64,000 nt of DNA. Origin: Escherichia phage vB_EcoM-Ro111lw. Positions within the stretch are counted from its first letter, which is position 1. Each line of letters opens with the position of its first letter. The stretch lies in sequence record MH571750.1. One strand, written 5' to 3'. The translations under genes and the position numbers were made by a program. Below, piece after piece: positions 14,378 through 22,676 of the stretch. The notes under the pieces were generated by a model that was not told the DNA's origin, searched no databases, and saw only the letters and a program-made list of their open reading frames with translations.

Positions 14378-14620
14378 ATGCAAACATTAACAGTAGTTGA
14401 ACATGAAAACTGTGAGAGTATTGAGTTTGTCAGGGTCATTGGTGTTGAACACCACATTTTCTTAAAAGTGGGATACTTATGTGACCCCGCTAGAGTAGAA
14501 AGATTTATACGTGATTGTTTTGGTGGTAGACATCTGAAGAGTGTTATTTTTGAGACAGTTTTACCAGAAGGTTTAGAAACGAATAATAACATTTACCTCC
14601 TTACGAGGATTAGACAATGA
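14378..14620 (+). CDS. Hypothetical protein (80 aa) embedded in the tRNA array
   Basis: ORF track; AAGGTG Shine-Dalgarno 8 nt upstream of ATG; stop overlaps the next start (ATGA). Confidence 0.5.
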   Translation: MQTLTVVEHENCESIEFVRVIGVEHHIFLKVGYLCDPARVERFIRDCFGGRHLKSVIFETVLPEGLETNNNIYLLTRIRQ

Positions 14621-15174
14621 GATACTTAAAGTATGCTTCATGGATTTTCTTAGCTTTGTTAGAGCCATTTGCAGCAATCTTAGCAGTTATCTTAGCACCT
14701 TTTGTAGTTCCATTCTACAGTGAGAAGAAAGGACACTTACCTTTCGGGTTCAGATGGATGGAGACATATGACAACCCAATTGATGGTGATGAAGGTCACG
14801 TTAAAAGATGGGCTAATATTAGATGGATTGGTAAACTAGGCGTCTACATGCAAAGAGTTGGATGGCTCTGGAGAAACAAAGCTTATAACTTCTCTTACCA
14901 TGTATTAGGAAGAGATGTAAAAGATGTTACTAAGTGGAAAGGTAATATCAACGTAAGTTCTAACCCTGAAGATAATCAGACTGGTTATCTCCTAATGTGG
15001 AACAGTAATGCTTGGGGATTATTCGCTTTTATCCCATCAATTAAAGTCTTCGGTAAACAGTTTTACTGGAGAATTTATGTTGGATGGAAACTTAAAAGTG
15101 TTGTCCCAGAAGAAAGAGCATTCTCAAGGGAAAGAGTTATGTTGGCATTCTTTATTCATCCACTGAGAAAGTAA
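14617..15174 (+). CDS. Hypothetical protein (185 aa) with N-terminal transmembrane helix, embedded in the tRNA array
   Basis: ORF track; N-terminal WIFLALLEPFAAILAVILAPFVV hydrophobic segment; Trp-rich. Confidence 0.5.
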   Translation: MRYLKYASWIFLALLEPFAAILAVILAPFVVPFYSEKKGHLPFGFRWMETYDNPIDGDEGHVKRWANIRWIGKLGVYMQRVGWLWRNKAYNFSYHVLGRDVKDVTKWKGNINVSSNPEDNQTGYLLMWNSNAWGLFAFIPSIKVFGKQFYWRIYVGWKLKSVVPEERAFSRERVMLAFFIHPLRK

Positions 15175-15182
15175 AGATTTAA

Positions 15183-15258
15183 AGGGGATTAGTTTACAAG
15201 GTTAAAACCTCGGTCTTTGAAATCGAAGAAGTTGGTTCAATTCCAACATCCCCCGCCA
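15183..15258 (+). tRNA. tRNA-Gln (anticodon UUG)
   Basis: Acceptor AGGGGAT/ATCCCCC (1-72 mismatch), D-stem GTTT/AAAC, anticodon stem TCGGT/ATCGA loop CTTTGAA, T-arm GTTGG-TTCAATT-CCAAC, CCA. Confidence 0.75.
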
Positions 15259-15260
15259 AT

Positions 15261-15339
15261 GCTCCATTACTCCAATTGGCAGAGAGGCCAGACTTAAAAT
15301 CTGTGTTATGTATCGGTTCGAATCCGATATGGAGTACCA
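15261..15339 (+). tRNA. tRNA with Leu anticodon UAA and short variable loop; tRNA-Leu(UAA), atypical class I-like
   Basis: Acceptor GCTCCAT/ATGGAGT, anticodon stem CAGA/TCTG loop CTTAAAA, T-arm ATCGG-TTCGAAT-CCGAT, A73, CCA; 79 nt. Confidence 0.55.
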
Positions 15340-15344
15340 AATTT

Positions 15345-15420
15345 AGCGGTATAGCATAACTGGCAATGCAGCAGTCTCTGAAGCTGTCCTATTAAGGTTC
15401 AAATCCTTATGCCGCTGCCA
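15345..15420 (+). tRNA. tRNA-Gln (anticodon CUG)
   Basis: Acceptor AGCGGTA/TGCCGCT, anticodon stem GCAGT/GCTGT loop CTCTGAA, T-loop TTCAAAT, CCA. Confidence 0.7.
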
Positions 15421-15450
15421 CTTCTAAGGATTCTTACGAGAGTCCTTAAA
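15421..15450 (+). promoter_or_regulatory. Hairpin carrying the conserved 10-mer TTCTTACGAG (copy 2)
   Basis: cttctaaggattcttacgagagtccttaaa; same 10-mer as at 11560. Confidence 0.35.
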
Positions 15451-15451
15451 T

Positions 15452-15527
15452 GTGGCCTTATCATAAATGGTAATGACCCATGCTGTGAACATGGTCTATA
15501 CGGGTTCAAATCCCGTAGGTCACCCCA
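15452..15527 (+). tRNA. tRNA-His (anticodon GUG)
   Basis: Acceptor GTGGCCT/AGGTCAC, anticodon stem CCATG/CATGG loop CTGTGAA, T-arm ACGGG-TTCAAAT-CCCGT, C73, CCA. Confidence 0.8.
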
Positions 15528-15532
15528 ATTTA

Positions 15533-15609
15533 TAGTCCAAGTAGCTTATATGGTTAAAGCGCGTGTCTGAAAAACATGAGAAGAGGGTTCAAATCCCACT
15601 GGACTACCA
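15533..15609 (+). tRNA. tRNA-Phe (anticodon GAA); 3' end ambiguous (CCA directly follows the acceptor stem)
   Basis: Acceptor TAGTCCA/TGGACTA, anticodon stem CGTGT/ACATG loop CTGAAAA, T-loop TTCAAAT. Confidence 0.7.
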
Positions 15610-15625
15610 ATTTCAAAGGTGCTTA

Positions 15626-16360
15626 ATGAAAGAGATGACAGAACAAGGTAAGGAGATTTTCAATCTCTTAAAAACCGGTAAAGGGTTTTCTAACCCCCTT
15701 ATTACTGGTGCAGCAGTTCTCGGTGGAACCGTAGCTGCCTCTACATCACTTGTAAGCTCTATTAGCTCTGTATCAGACCCTACAGTAAAGGATAAGCTTG
15801 TTGCTGCTGGACTTACAACAGTTCTGCTTAACAGCTTTACCACGAGTCTGACAAGCACTACATCAACTACCAAAACACTAACAGATTACGGTCAAAAGTC
15901 CATTGATGAGTTTTCATCACGTATGCAGGTAGCAAAAGGTTACTCTAATGTTATGGGTGCAGCAGGTGAACAAGTTGGCTGTACACCATTTAGTGGTATT
16001 ATGGGTGTTGCTACAGAGTATGGTCAAAAAGCTATTGATACGATTAACAGTGCACTAGATAGTGTTAATGGTGTGTTAAGTGACTTACAAGATGCTATTG
16101 ACAAAGGTCTTGATACTATTTCTGATTTAGCTGAGCAAGCTGTTAGTAAGATTAATGAAGGTATTTCAAAAATTACAGCTTATGCAGATGAAGTTGTGCA
16201 GATGATTGAAGAAGAAGCTGCTCTTATTGCAGAGTACCTTAAAACGAATATCAATGGGTTCTTAGCAGGTATCTTACCAGACTGGTTTGATGATGCTTGT
16301 AAAACTGGTGTAATTGACACTATTGCAACACCAGAAATGAAGAACGCATTACAGAAATAA
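15626..16360 (+). CDS. Hypothetical Ser/Thr-rich protein (244 aa) embedded in the tRNA array; start trimmed from ORF-track 15563
   Basis: ORF-track start at 15563 lies inside tRNA-Phe; internal ATG at 15626 is preceded by AAAGGTG. Confidence 0.5.
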   Translation: MKEMTEQGKEIFNLLKTGKGFSNPLITGAAVLGGTVAASTSLVSSISSVSDPTVKDKLVAAGLTTVLLNSFTTSLTSTTSTTKTLTDYGQKSIDEFSSRMQVAKGYSNVMGAAGEQVGCTPFSGIMGVATEYGQKAIDTINSALDSVNGVLSDLQDAIDKGLDTISDLAEQAVSKINEGISKITAYADEVVQMIEEEAALIAEYLKTNINGFLAGILPDWFDDACKTGVIDTIATPEMKNALQK

Positions 16361-16362
16361 AT

Positions 16363-16455
16363 GGAAGATTAACCCTAAAAGGTAAGGGAGCAGTTTGCTA
16401 AACTGCCAGTAGCTGAGAAATCGGTGTACCAGTTCAAGTCTGGTATCTTCCTCCA
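16363..16455 (+). tRNA. tRNA-Ser (anticodon GCU), long variable arm
   Basis: Perfect acceptor GGAAGAT/ATCTTCC, anticodon stem GCAGT/ACTGC loop TTGCTAA, long variable arm, T-arm ACCAG-TTCAAGT-CTGGT, CCA. Confidence 0.8.
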
Positions 16456-16459
16456 ATTT

Positions 16460-16535
16460 GAATCCGTGACAGAAATGGCTATGTGCCTGTCTGCAAAACA
16501 GGTTTATAAGGGTTCGAGTCCCTTCGGATTCTCCA
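16460..16535 (+). tRNA. tRNA-Cys (anticodon GCA)
   Basis: Perfect acceptor GAATCCG/CGGATTC, anticodon stem CCTGT/ACAGG loop CTGCAAA, T-arm AAGGG-TTCGAGT-CCCTT, CCA. Confidence 0.8.
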
Positions 16536-16572
16536 AGTTATTTTACTCTCTCTCAATTAAAATAATAATAAT

Positions 16573-16632
16573 GCCCTGCTATAAGTATTCTTCATTTCGC
16601 TACCGAAGAGTATTTTTAGACAGGGCTTTTTT
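16573..16632 (+). terminator. Rho-independent terminator ending the tRNA operon (GCCCTG ... CAGGGC + TTTTTT)
   Basis: gccctgctataagtattcttcatttcgctaccgaagagtatttttagacagggctttttt read directly. Confidence 0.65.
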
Positions 16633-16697
16633 ACAGAGTTATACTTTATAGGAAGACTTATATAGTATGTCTCTGACGTACATTGTGGTTTCTCCTT

Positions 16698-16722
16698 GAC
16701 GGTCTCTGTGCCGTCTTTTTTA
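16698..16722 (+). terminator. Second terminator hairpin (GACGG/CCGTC + T-run)
   Basis: gacggtctctgtgccgtctttttt. Confidence 0.55.
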
Positions 16723-16757
16723 AGGGGAAACATGGTTAACTATTTGGAGAAAACATA

Positions 16758-16958
16758 ATGAGCGAGACCGTTTATAAAGAACTTTATGAAGCTAATAAGA
16801 AGCTAGAATTTATGCAGAATACTATCATGGCAATTGCAGACAGATTATCTGTAGCAACAGGTATTGATATTAAAGAAGCATCTATGGATGCACTTCTTGA
16901 TGCTGTTGATGCAAAGTTCGAAGTTAAGAAAGAAGAGACTGCTACAGACTCTGAATAA
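16758..16958 (+). CDS. Hypothetical small protein (66 aa) immediately upstream of terminase
   Basis: ORF track; 6-nt gap to the terminase gene. Confidence 0.45.
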   Translation: MSETVYKELYEANKKLEFMQNTIMAIADRLSVATGIDIKEASMDALLDAVDAKFEVKKEETATDSE

Positions 16959-16964
16959 TTCTAT

Positions 16965-18581
16965 TTGCGGAGGCGCTTAATGGACTTAAATGCTGTTAAG
17001 CAGAAGCGAGTGGAAGATGTTAGGAAAGTCCTAGCTGGAGAGTTGGGGCTTTCTGATGAAGTAAAAGAAATTATCAAATCATTCGGTAAAGACCCCTCTA
17101 AATTCCTTCCAACTCAAATTCTGACTTTATTAAGATACACACCAGACCAAGTTAGACTTATCTTCAAATTGATGACTGATAAGAATTATGTAGCCCCTCA
17201 GCCGGGTTCTCAAGAGGTCTTTTTAAATACTAATGCTGACTTGGTTCTCTATGGTGGTGCTGCTGGTGCTGGTAAGACTGCTGCATTGTTAATGGACTCT
17301 TTAAGATTTATCGAAGACCCTAACTATAACGCTGTATATTTCCGTCGAAATACAACACAGCTACAAGGTGGTTTATGGCCTGCTGCAAAGAAACTATTTG
17401 GTAAGTTTGGTGGGATTCCTCACGAGCAGAAAATGACTATCACATTCCCTTCTGGGGCAACTATCAAGTTTACCTACCTAGAACTTGAAAAGCACGCTGA
17501 AGGTCATCAGGGTATTGAGTATTCAGCTATTTACTTTGACGAAGGTACTCACTTCTCTGCTTCACAGATTTCATACCTACAGACTCGTCTACGTTCTGGG
17601 GCTGAAGGTGATTCATACATGAAGATTTCTATGAACCCAGACAGAGACCACTTTATTTACGATTGGGTAGAACCATTCTTAGATGAAGAAGGTTACCCAG
17701 ACCCTGAAAAGTGTGGTCGTATTCGTTGGTATGTAATGAATGATGGTGTTATGGTTTCTGATTGGGAGAGAGACAAGATTCTTGAAATGTTTCCTCTTGA
17801 GATTCCTCAAACATATACATTCATCTCTGGTACGATTGATGATAACCCAATTCTTGACTTCTTAGAACCTAAATATCGTGGTAAGTTGGAAAACAACACC
17901 CCTGTAAACGTTGCAAGACTTCGTTTCGGTAACTGGAAGGCTCGTGCAGAAGGTTCAAACTATTGGCAAAGACAATGGTGTGAAATTGTTGATTCACTCC
18001 CAGAAGATGTATTCGATGTCAGAGCATGGGACTTAGCAGCAACTTTACCATCTGAGATTAACCCTAACCCAGACTGGACAGCAGGTGTTAAGATGGGTAA
18101 ATCTAAAAAAGACGGTTGCTATTATATCATTGATGTAGTAAGATTTAGAGATAGACCCTCTGGAGTCGAAACACAAATTAATTTGACTGCTGAAAGTGAC
18201 GGTAAGCGAACTGGTATTTTTATCCCTCAAGACCCAGGCGCTGCTGGTAAATCCTACGCAACATCCCTCATCAGGAAACTTGCCGAGAAAGGTTATCGAG
18301 CAAGAGCTAAACCAACAAATAAAGACAAAGTTACCCGATTTGCGGGGTTTTCTGCTGCTTCTGAAGCTGGACTTGTAAAAGTCTTGAGAGGTAGTTGGAA
18401 CGAAGCTTACTTTCAAGAACTTGAAGGCTTTTGTGGTGATGGTAAAACTAAAGATGACCAAGTGGATGCTACCAGTGATGCTTTCAACAGTCTTAACGAA
18501 GTTAAATTATTCAAGCCACCATCAATGGGTGCTCACACAGACTTAGTGAGAGGAAACCCATATGAGGGGCTTAGACGTTGA
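16965..18581 (+). CDS. Terminase large subunit
   Basis: Walker A ATPase motif LYGGAAGAGKTAA near the N-terminus; Walker B-like AIYFDEG; size 538 aa; position at the head of the structural module. Confidence 0.9.
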   Translation: MRRRLMDLNAVKQKRVEDVRKVLAGELGLSDEVKEIIKSFGKDPSKFLPTQILTLLRYTPDQVRLIFKLMTDKNYVAPQPGSQEVFLNTNADLVLYGGAAGAGKTAALLMDSLRFIEDPNYNAVYFRRNTTQLQGGLWPAAKKLFGKFGGIPHEQKMTITFPSGATIKFTYLELEKHAEGHQGIEYSAIYFDEGTHFSASQISYLQTRLRSGAEGDSYMKISMNPDRDHFIYDWVEPFLDEEGYPDPEKCGRIRWYVMNDGVMVSDWERDKILEMFPLEIPQTYTFISGTIDDNPILDFLEPKYRGKLENNTPVNVARLRFGNWKARAEGSNYWQRQWCEIVDSLPEDVFDVRAWDLAATLPSEINPNPDWTAGVKMGKSKKDGCYYIIDVVRFRDRPSGVETQINLTAESDGKRTGIFIPQDPGAAGKSYATSLIRKLAEKGYRARAKPTNKDKVTRFAGFSAASEAGLVKVLRGSWNEAYFQELEGFCGDGKTKDDQVDATSDAFNSLNEVKLFKPPSMGAHTDLVRGNPYEGLRR

Positions 18582-18588
18582 TAGCTAG

Positions 18589-20064
18589 GTGAGAAGAATG
18601 GCAGATATTACAGAAACACAAGAAAGCTTACCACCATTTAGAATGGGTGAAGTAGGTTCTTTGGGTCTGAAGGTTAAGAATGGAAGAATCTATGAAGAAC
18701 CTCGTCAGGCACTAAGGTTCCCTGAAAGTATTAAAACTTTCCAATTAATGATGCGTGACCCTGCTGTAGCAGCATCTGTAAATATTATTAAGATGTTTGT
18801 CAGAAAAGTCAACTGGAGATTCGTACCTCCAAAGGGAAAAGAGCAAGACCCTAAAATGCTTGAAAGAGCAGACTTCTTTAATTCTTTAATGGATGACATG
18901 GAGCATGATTGGGCAGATTTTATTAACTCTGTAATGTCATTCTGCACTTATGGGTTCTGTGTTAACGAAAAGGTTTATAAGAAACGTCAGGGTAAAAAAG
19001 GAAAGTACCAGTCAAAATTTGATGATGGTCTAATTGGGTGGGCTAAATTACCAATCAGAAACCAGTCAACGCTTGATAAGTGGTATTTTGACGAAGACTT
19101 TAGAAAAGTTACTGGTGTTAGACAGAATCTGAGAAATGTTTCACATATTGCTGGAGCAATCAATCTCGGAGAAAGACCACTAACAAGAAAACTTCCACGA
19201 GCTAAATTCATGCTGTTTAAGTATGACGATGAATATGGAAATCCAGAAGGTCGTTCACCATTACTTAATGCTTATGTACCGTGGAAATATAAAGTACAGA
19301 TTGAAGAGTATGAAGCTGTTGGTGTTTCAAGAGACTTAGTAGGTATGCCAAAGATTGGTTTACCACCAGACTATCTGGATGAAAATGCAGAACCTGAAAA
19401 GAAAGCTTTCGTACAATACTGCAAAACTGTTGTTAATGATATGATTGCTAACGATAGAGCAGGTTTAATCTGGCCTAGATATATCGACCCAGATACTAAA
19501 GAGGATATCTTTGAGTTCTCATTAGTTTCTAGACAGGGTGCTAAAGCATACGATACAGGTTCTATTATTGATAGATATTCCAAGCAGATTATGATGGCAT
19601 TCATGTCAGATGTTCTTGCTATGGGTCAGTCAAAATATGGTTCATTCTCTCTTGCAGATTCTAAGACAAGCCTATTAGCAATGTCAGTAGATATTCTGCT
19701 GAAGCAAATTAAGAACGTAATTAACCGTGATTTAGTTGCACAGACTTATGCTCTTAATATGTGGGATGATGAAGAACACGTACAAATCACGTATGATGAT
19801 ATCGAAACTCCAGACCTTGAAGCAATTGGTTCTTATATTCAGAAGACTGTTGCAGTAGGTGCTTTGGAAGTTGACAAAGAGCTATCTAACAAACTTAGAG
19901 AGCATATTGGTCTTCCTCCTGCTGATGAGTCTCAGCCAGTATCTGAAAAGCTTTCTCCAAATAGCCAAAGCCGTTCAGGAGATGGTTATAAGACCGCTGG
20001 AGAAGGTACTGCAAAGACACCTTCAGCGAAAGACCCAAGCACAGCAAATAAGGCAAATAAATAA
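18589..20064 (+). CDS. Portal protein (putative)
   Basis: 491-aa protein directly after the terminase; position and size; no motif verified. Confidence 0.65.
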   Translation: MRRMADITETQESLPPFRMGEVGSLGLKVKNGRIYEEPRQALRFPESIKTFQLMMRDPAVAASVNIIKMFVRKVNWRFVPPKGKEQDPKMLERADFFNSLMDDMEHDWADFINSVMSFCTYGFCVNEKVYKKRQGKKGKYQSKFDDGLIGWAKLPIRNQSTLDKWYFDEDFRKVTGVRQNLRNVSHIAGAINLGERPLTRKLPRAKFMLFKYDDEYGNPEGRSPLLNAYVPWKYKVQIEEYEAVGVSRDLVGMPKIGLPPDYLDENAEPEKKAFVQYCKTVVNDMIANDRAGLIWPRYIDPDTKEDIFEFSLVSRQGAKAYDTGSIIDRYSKQIMMAFMSDVLAMGQSKYGSFSLADSKTSLLAMSVDILLKQIKNVINRDLVAQTYALNMWDDEEHVQITYDDIETPDLEAIGSYIQKTVAVGALEVDKELSNKLREHIGLPPADESQPVSEKLSPNSQSRSGDGYKTAGEGTAKTPSAKDPSTANKANK

Positions 20065-20564
20065 TGGCTGAAGTTATCTCTATTTCAAATGCTACACGAG
20101 TGCATTCGTATAGGGGTGTCCTTATCATTACTGATAAGTTATCTGTAGAGGCTGGCTCAAGGGTCAGCCTTTCAGGTTATGTTAGTGATGGTGGAGTCTC
20201 TGACGTTTTCACTATTTGCAGGTTACTTGATGCACCAATGAGTGGTAAACCGTTTATTTCAGGAAATTGTAGTGAAATTGTTAAAATTCCATTTGACAGT
20301 TCATGCCTTTTGGGTGTAAAGTTATATAACTGCGAGAATAAACGTATCAATGTTAATAGCATTGAAGCCGCTTTCATTACCCTCGACACTGCATTTCAAT
20401 CCCCAATGACAGTTAACAAAGAAACAAACAGACTTGAATACATTTTTTCACAAAATGATTACAAAGTACTTGTCAAAGGTAAAGTATATGATATGATTGT
20501 AAATGTGGTAGATGAATCTGGTAACCATTCAACAGTCCTTAAACAAAAAGTAAGGTTTAATTAA
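20064..20564 (+). CDS. Hypothetical head-module protein (166 aa)
   Basis: ORF track; start overlaps portal stop. Confidence 0.5.
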   Translation: MAEVISISNATRVHSYRGVLIITDKLSVEAGSRVSLSGYVSDGGVSDVFTICRLLDAPMSGKPFISGNCSEIVKIPFDSSCLLGVKLYNCENKRINVNSIEAAFITLDTAFQSPMTVNKETNRLEYIFSQNDYKVLVKGKVYDMIVNVVDESGNHSTVLKQKVRFN

Positions 20565-20896
20565 TGGGAACATTAACTATTGATGGTAAGAATAAAATCC
20601 TCGCCACGCTAACCCCAACGACTATTATTTTACACAATGTAGACCCAACGGCAGACCCTACAGCAAATAAGGTTACTCAGCCAGTGGCTATTTATTTTTC
20701 TGAACCGGATAATGGCTTAATTGCCTCAGAAGATACAGTTAATATTACTGTTCCAGCTTCTGCAACGGTCTCACACTATAGCTTGTGGGATGCTAACGAT
20801 AAATGCGTGGCAACTGGTGCTCTTAGCAAACCTCAATTCTTTGCTGAAGAAGGTATCTATGTTATCTCTTCAGTCTCTGTAGATTTAAACAAATAG
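20564..20896 (+). CDS. Hypothetical head-module protein (110 aa)
   Basis: ORF track. Confidence 0.5.
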   Translation: MGTLTIDGKNKILATLTPTTIILHNVDPTADPTANKVTQPVAIYFSEPDNGLIASEDTVNITVPASATVSHYSLWDANDKCVATGALSKPQFFAEEGIYVISSVSVDLNK

Positions 20897-20907
20897 GGTG
20901 AGTAAAA

Positions 20908-22254
20908 ATGAGTTCGAATATCTTCAGACTTGCTGATAGATTATTCAACCAACCTTTACTAGCCACTGAATCATTAGCTCACTCAGCAGCAACTTATGTG
21001 AATAACAGATTGCTGGGTGATGTCCAAGCAGCAGTAAACTTTGATAAACCTAAAGGTGAAGCAAGAAGTCTTTTAAAAGTAAAAGATGATATTGCTATTA
21101 TCCCTATTATGGGTGGCTTAACCCATCGTATGACATTCATTGATGCAATGTGTACAGGCGGTTTAAGCTCTTATGAAGGTTTACGCAGAGGCTTTGACGA
21201 AGCTTTAGCAGATGAGTCAATTAAGACTATTGTTCTGCACATTGATTCTGGTGGTGGTGAAGCTTCAGGTTGCTTTGAATTAGCACGTCACATTATGGCT
21301 TCAAGAGGCCAAAAGAAAATTATTGCTTATGTAGATGAGTTCGCTTGTTCCGCTGCATATGCTCTTGCATCTTCTGCTGAAGAAATTATTGCATCACCAG
21401 ATGCAGATGTTGGTTCTATCGGTGTAATCATGGTTCATCAGGAATTAACTAAGGCATTTGAAAAGAATGGCGTAACAATTAACGTCATCAAAGCTGGTGA
21501 GTTTAAAGGTATGGGTTCACCATTCCAAGCACTTTCAGAAGAAAGCAAAGAAAGACTTCAAAAGAGAATTAATGATACCTACGCAACCTTTACAGGTTTT
21601 GTAGCCGAATCTCGTAATCTCTCTGAAGAAGCTGTAAAGAATACTGAGGCGAATGTTTATTCTGCTCAGGAAGCTCTTGAACTTGGTTTAATTAACTCAA
21701 TCATGTCTCAAGATGATTTCTTAAATTACTTACAAGGTTCTGAAGAGGCTCCTGTAAGTTTAAACGTTAACAATTCAGGTGAAGAAATGACTGAACAAGA
21801 AAAGCAAGAACTAGAAGCTTTGCGTCTTCAGGTTGCTCAAATGAAAGCTAAAGAACAGGAAGCTGCTTTGTCAGATTTGACTAATAAGATTTCTGCTTCT
21901 GCTGAAGCTTTTGGATTTGATGCAAAAGAAGCTGCAACGACTATTTTAGGTGCTGGTCTTGACAACCCTCTGAGTGTTCTGTTTATGAATGCTATGGAAG
22001 GTGCTAACCAGAAACTTAATGAAACTATCGCGTCCCATGCTTCTGCAATGGAAGAAAAAGAATCAGAAATTACCAAGCTGAAAGAAACTGCTGGTGCTGT
22101 TCTTGAACATTCCAACGCTATGGAAGAAGTGGGTAATGACGGCGAAGCTGATTTAGTTGAAGAAGAAAAAGAACCAGCTAAGAATGCTTCCGAAGACACC
22201 GCTGAACAACGCAAACTGGCTCTCCAGAATGCTCTAAAATCTCTTATCAAATAA
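20908..22254 (+). CDS. Prohead protease (S49/ClpP-like) fused to a coiled-coil scaffolding domain
   Basis: N-terminal half has the peptidase pattern ...HIDSGGGEA...YVDEFACSAAYALAS...VGSIGV; C-terminal half is Glu/Ala/Lys-rich heptad-like (EQEKQELEALRLQVAQMKAKEQEAA). Confidence 0.7.
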   Translation: MSSNIFRLADRLFNQPLLATESLAHSAATYVNNRLLGDVQAAVNFDKPKGEARSLLKVKDDIAIIPIMGGLTHRMTFIDAMCTGGLSSYEGLRRGFDEALADESIKTIVLHIDSGGGEASGCFELARHIMASRGQKKIIAYVDEFACSAAYALASSAEEIIASPDADVGSIGVIMVHQELTKAFEKNGVTINVIKAGEFKGMGSPFQALSEESKERLQKRINDTYATFTGFVAESRNLSEEAVKNTEANVYSAQEALELGLINSIMSQDDFLNYLQGSEEAPVSLNVNNSGEEMTEQEKQELEALRLQVAQMKAKEQEAALSDLTNKISASAEAFGFDAKEAATTILGAGLDNPLSVLFMNAMEGANQKLNETIASHASAMEEKESEITKLKETAGAVLEHSNAMEEVGNDGEADLVEEEKEPAKNASEDTAEQRKLALQNALKSLIK

Positions 22255-22265
22255 GGAACACAATA

Positions 22266-22643
22266 ATGGCATATCAAGGTTTTACTAAGTTAGGTAAAAG
22301 AGAACCTCTGAATGATATCATTCTTTGGGAACAGGTTACCCCAACAGGCCACTCTCGTAAAGAGTACACCCCACAGGCATCTACAGAATATCGTGTAGGT
22401 GAAGTTCTGAAAGCAGATGGTACTAAAGTTGCAGCAGGGGAAGAAGCTCAGGCTGATTCTGTATGTATCGTTAACTTTTATGCAGACCTGCAACTGTCTT
22501 ACCACGGTCAGTTGAAAGTTGTTGGTATTTACCGTGACGCAGAACTGAAAGACATGCTGACTCTTGAGTCTGGTGTTAATGCCGAGAGCGTCAAGACAGC
22601 TCTGGCTGCTAAAGGTATTGATTTCGTACCAACTGGCCTGTAA
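22266..22643 (+). CDS. Putative head decoration protein (125 aa)
   Basis: Small gene between protease/scaffold and major capsid (lambda D position); positional inference only. Confidence 0.4.
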   Translation: MAYQGFTKLGKREPLNDIILWEQVTPTGHSRKEYTPQASTEYRVGEVLKADGTKVAAGEEAQADSVCIVNFYADLQLSYHGQLKVVGIYRDAELKDMLTLESGVNAESVKTALAAKGIDFVPTGL

Positions 22644-22676
22644 TAACAATAATAAGACATTCTGGAGAATTTTACA

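Noticed and set aside
15563-15625. N-terminal extension of the 15563..16360 ORF
   Set aside because: The first 60 nt coincide with tRNA-Phe; an RBS-supported ATG at 15626 is the more plausible start.
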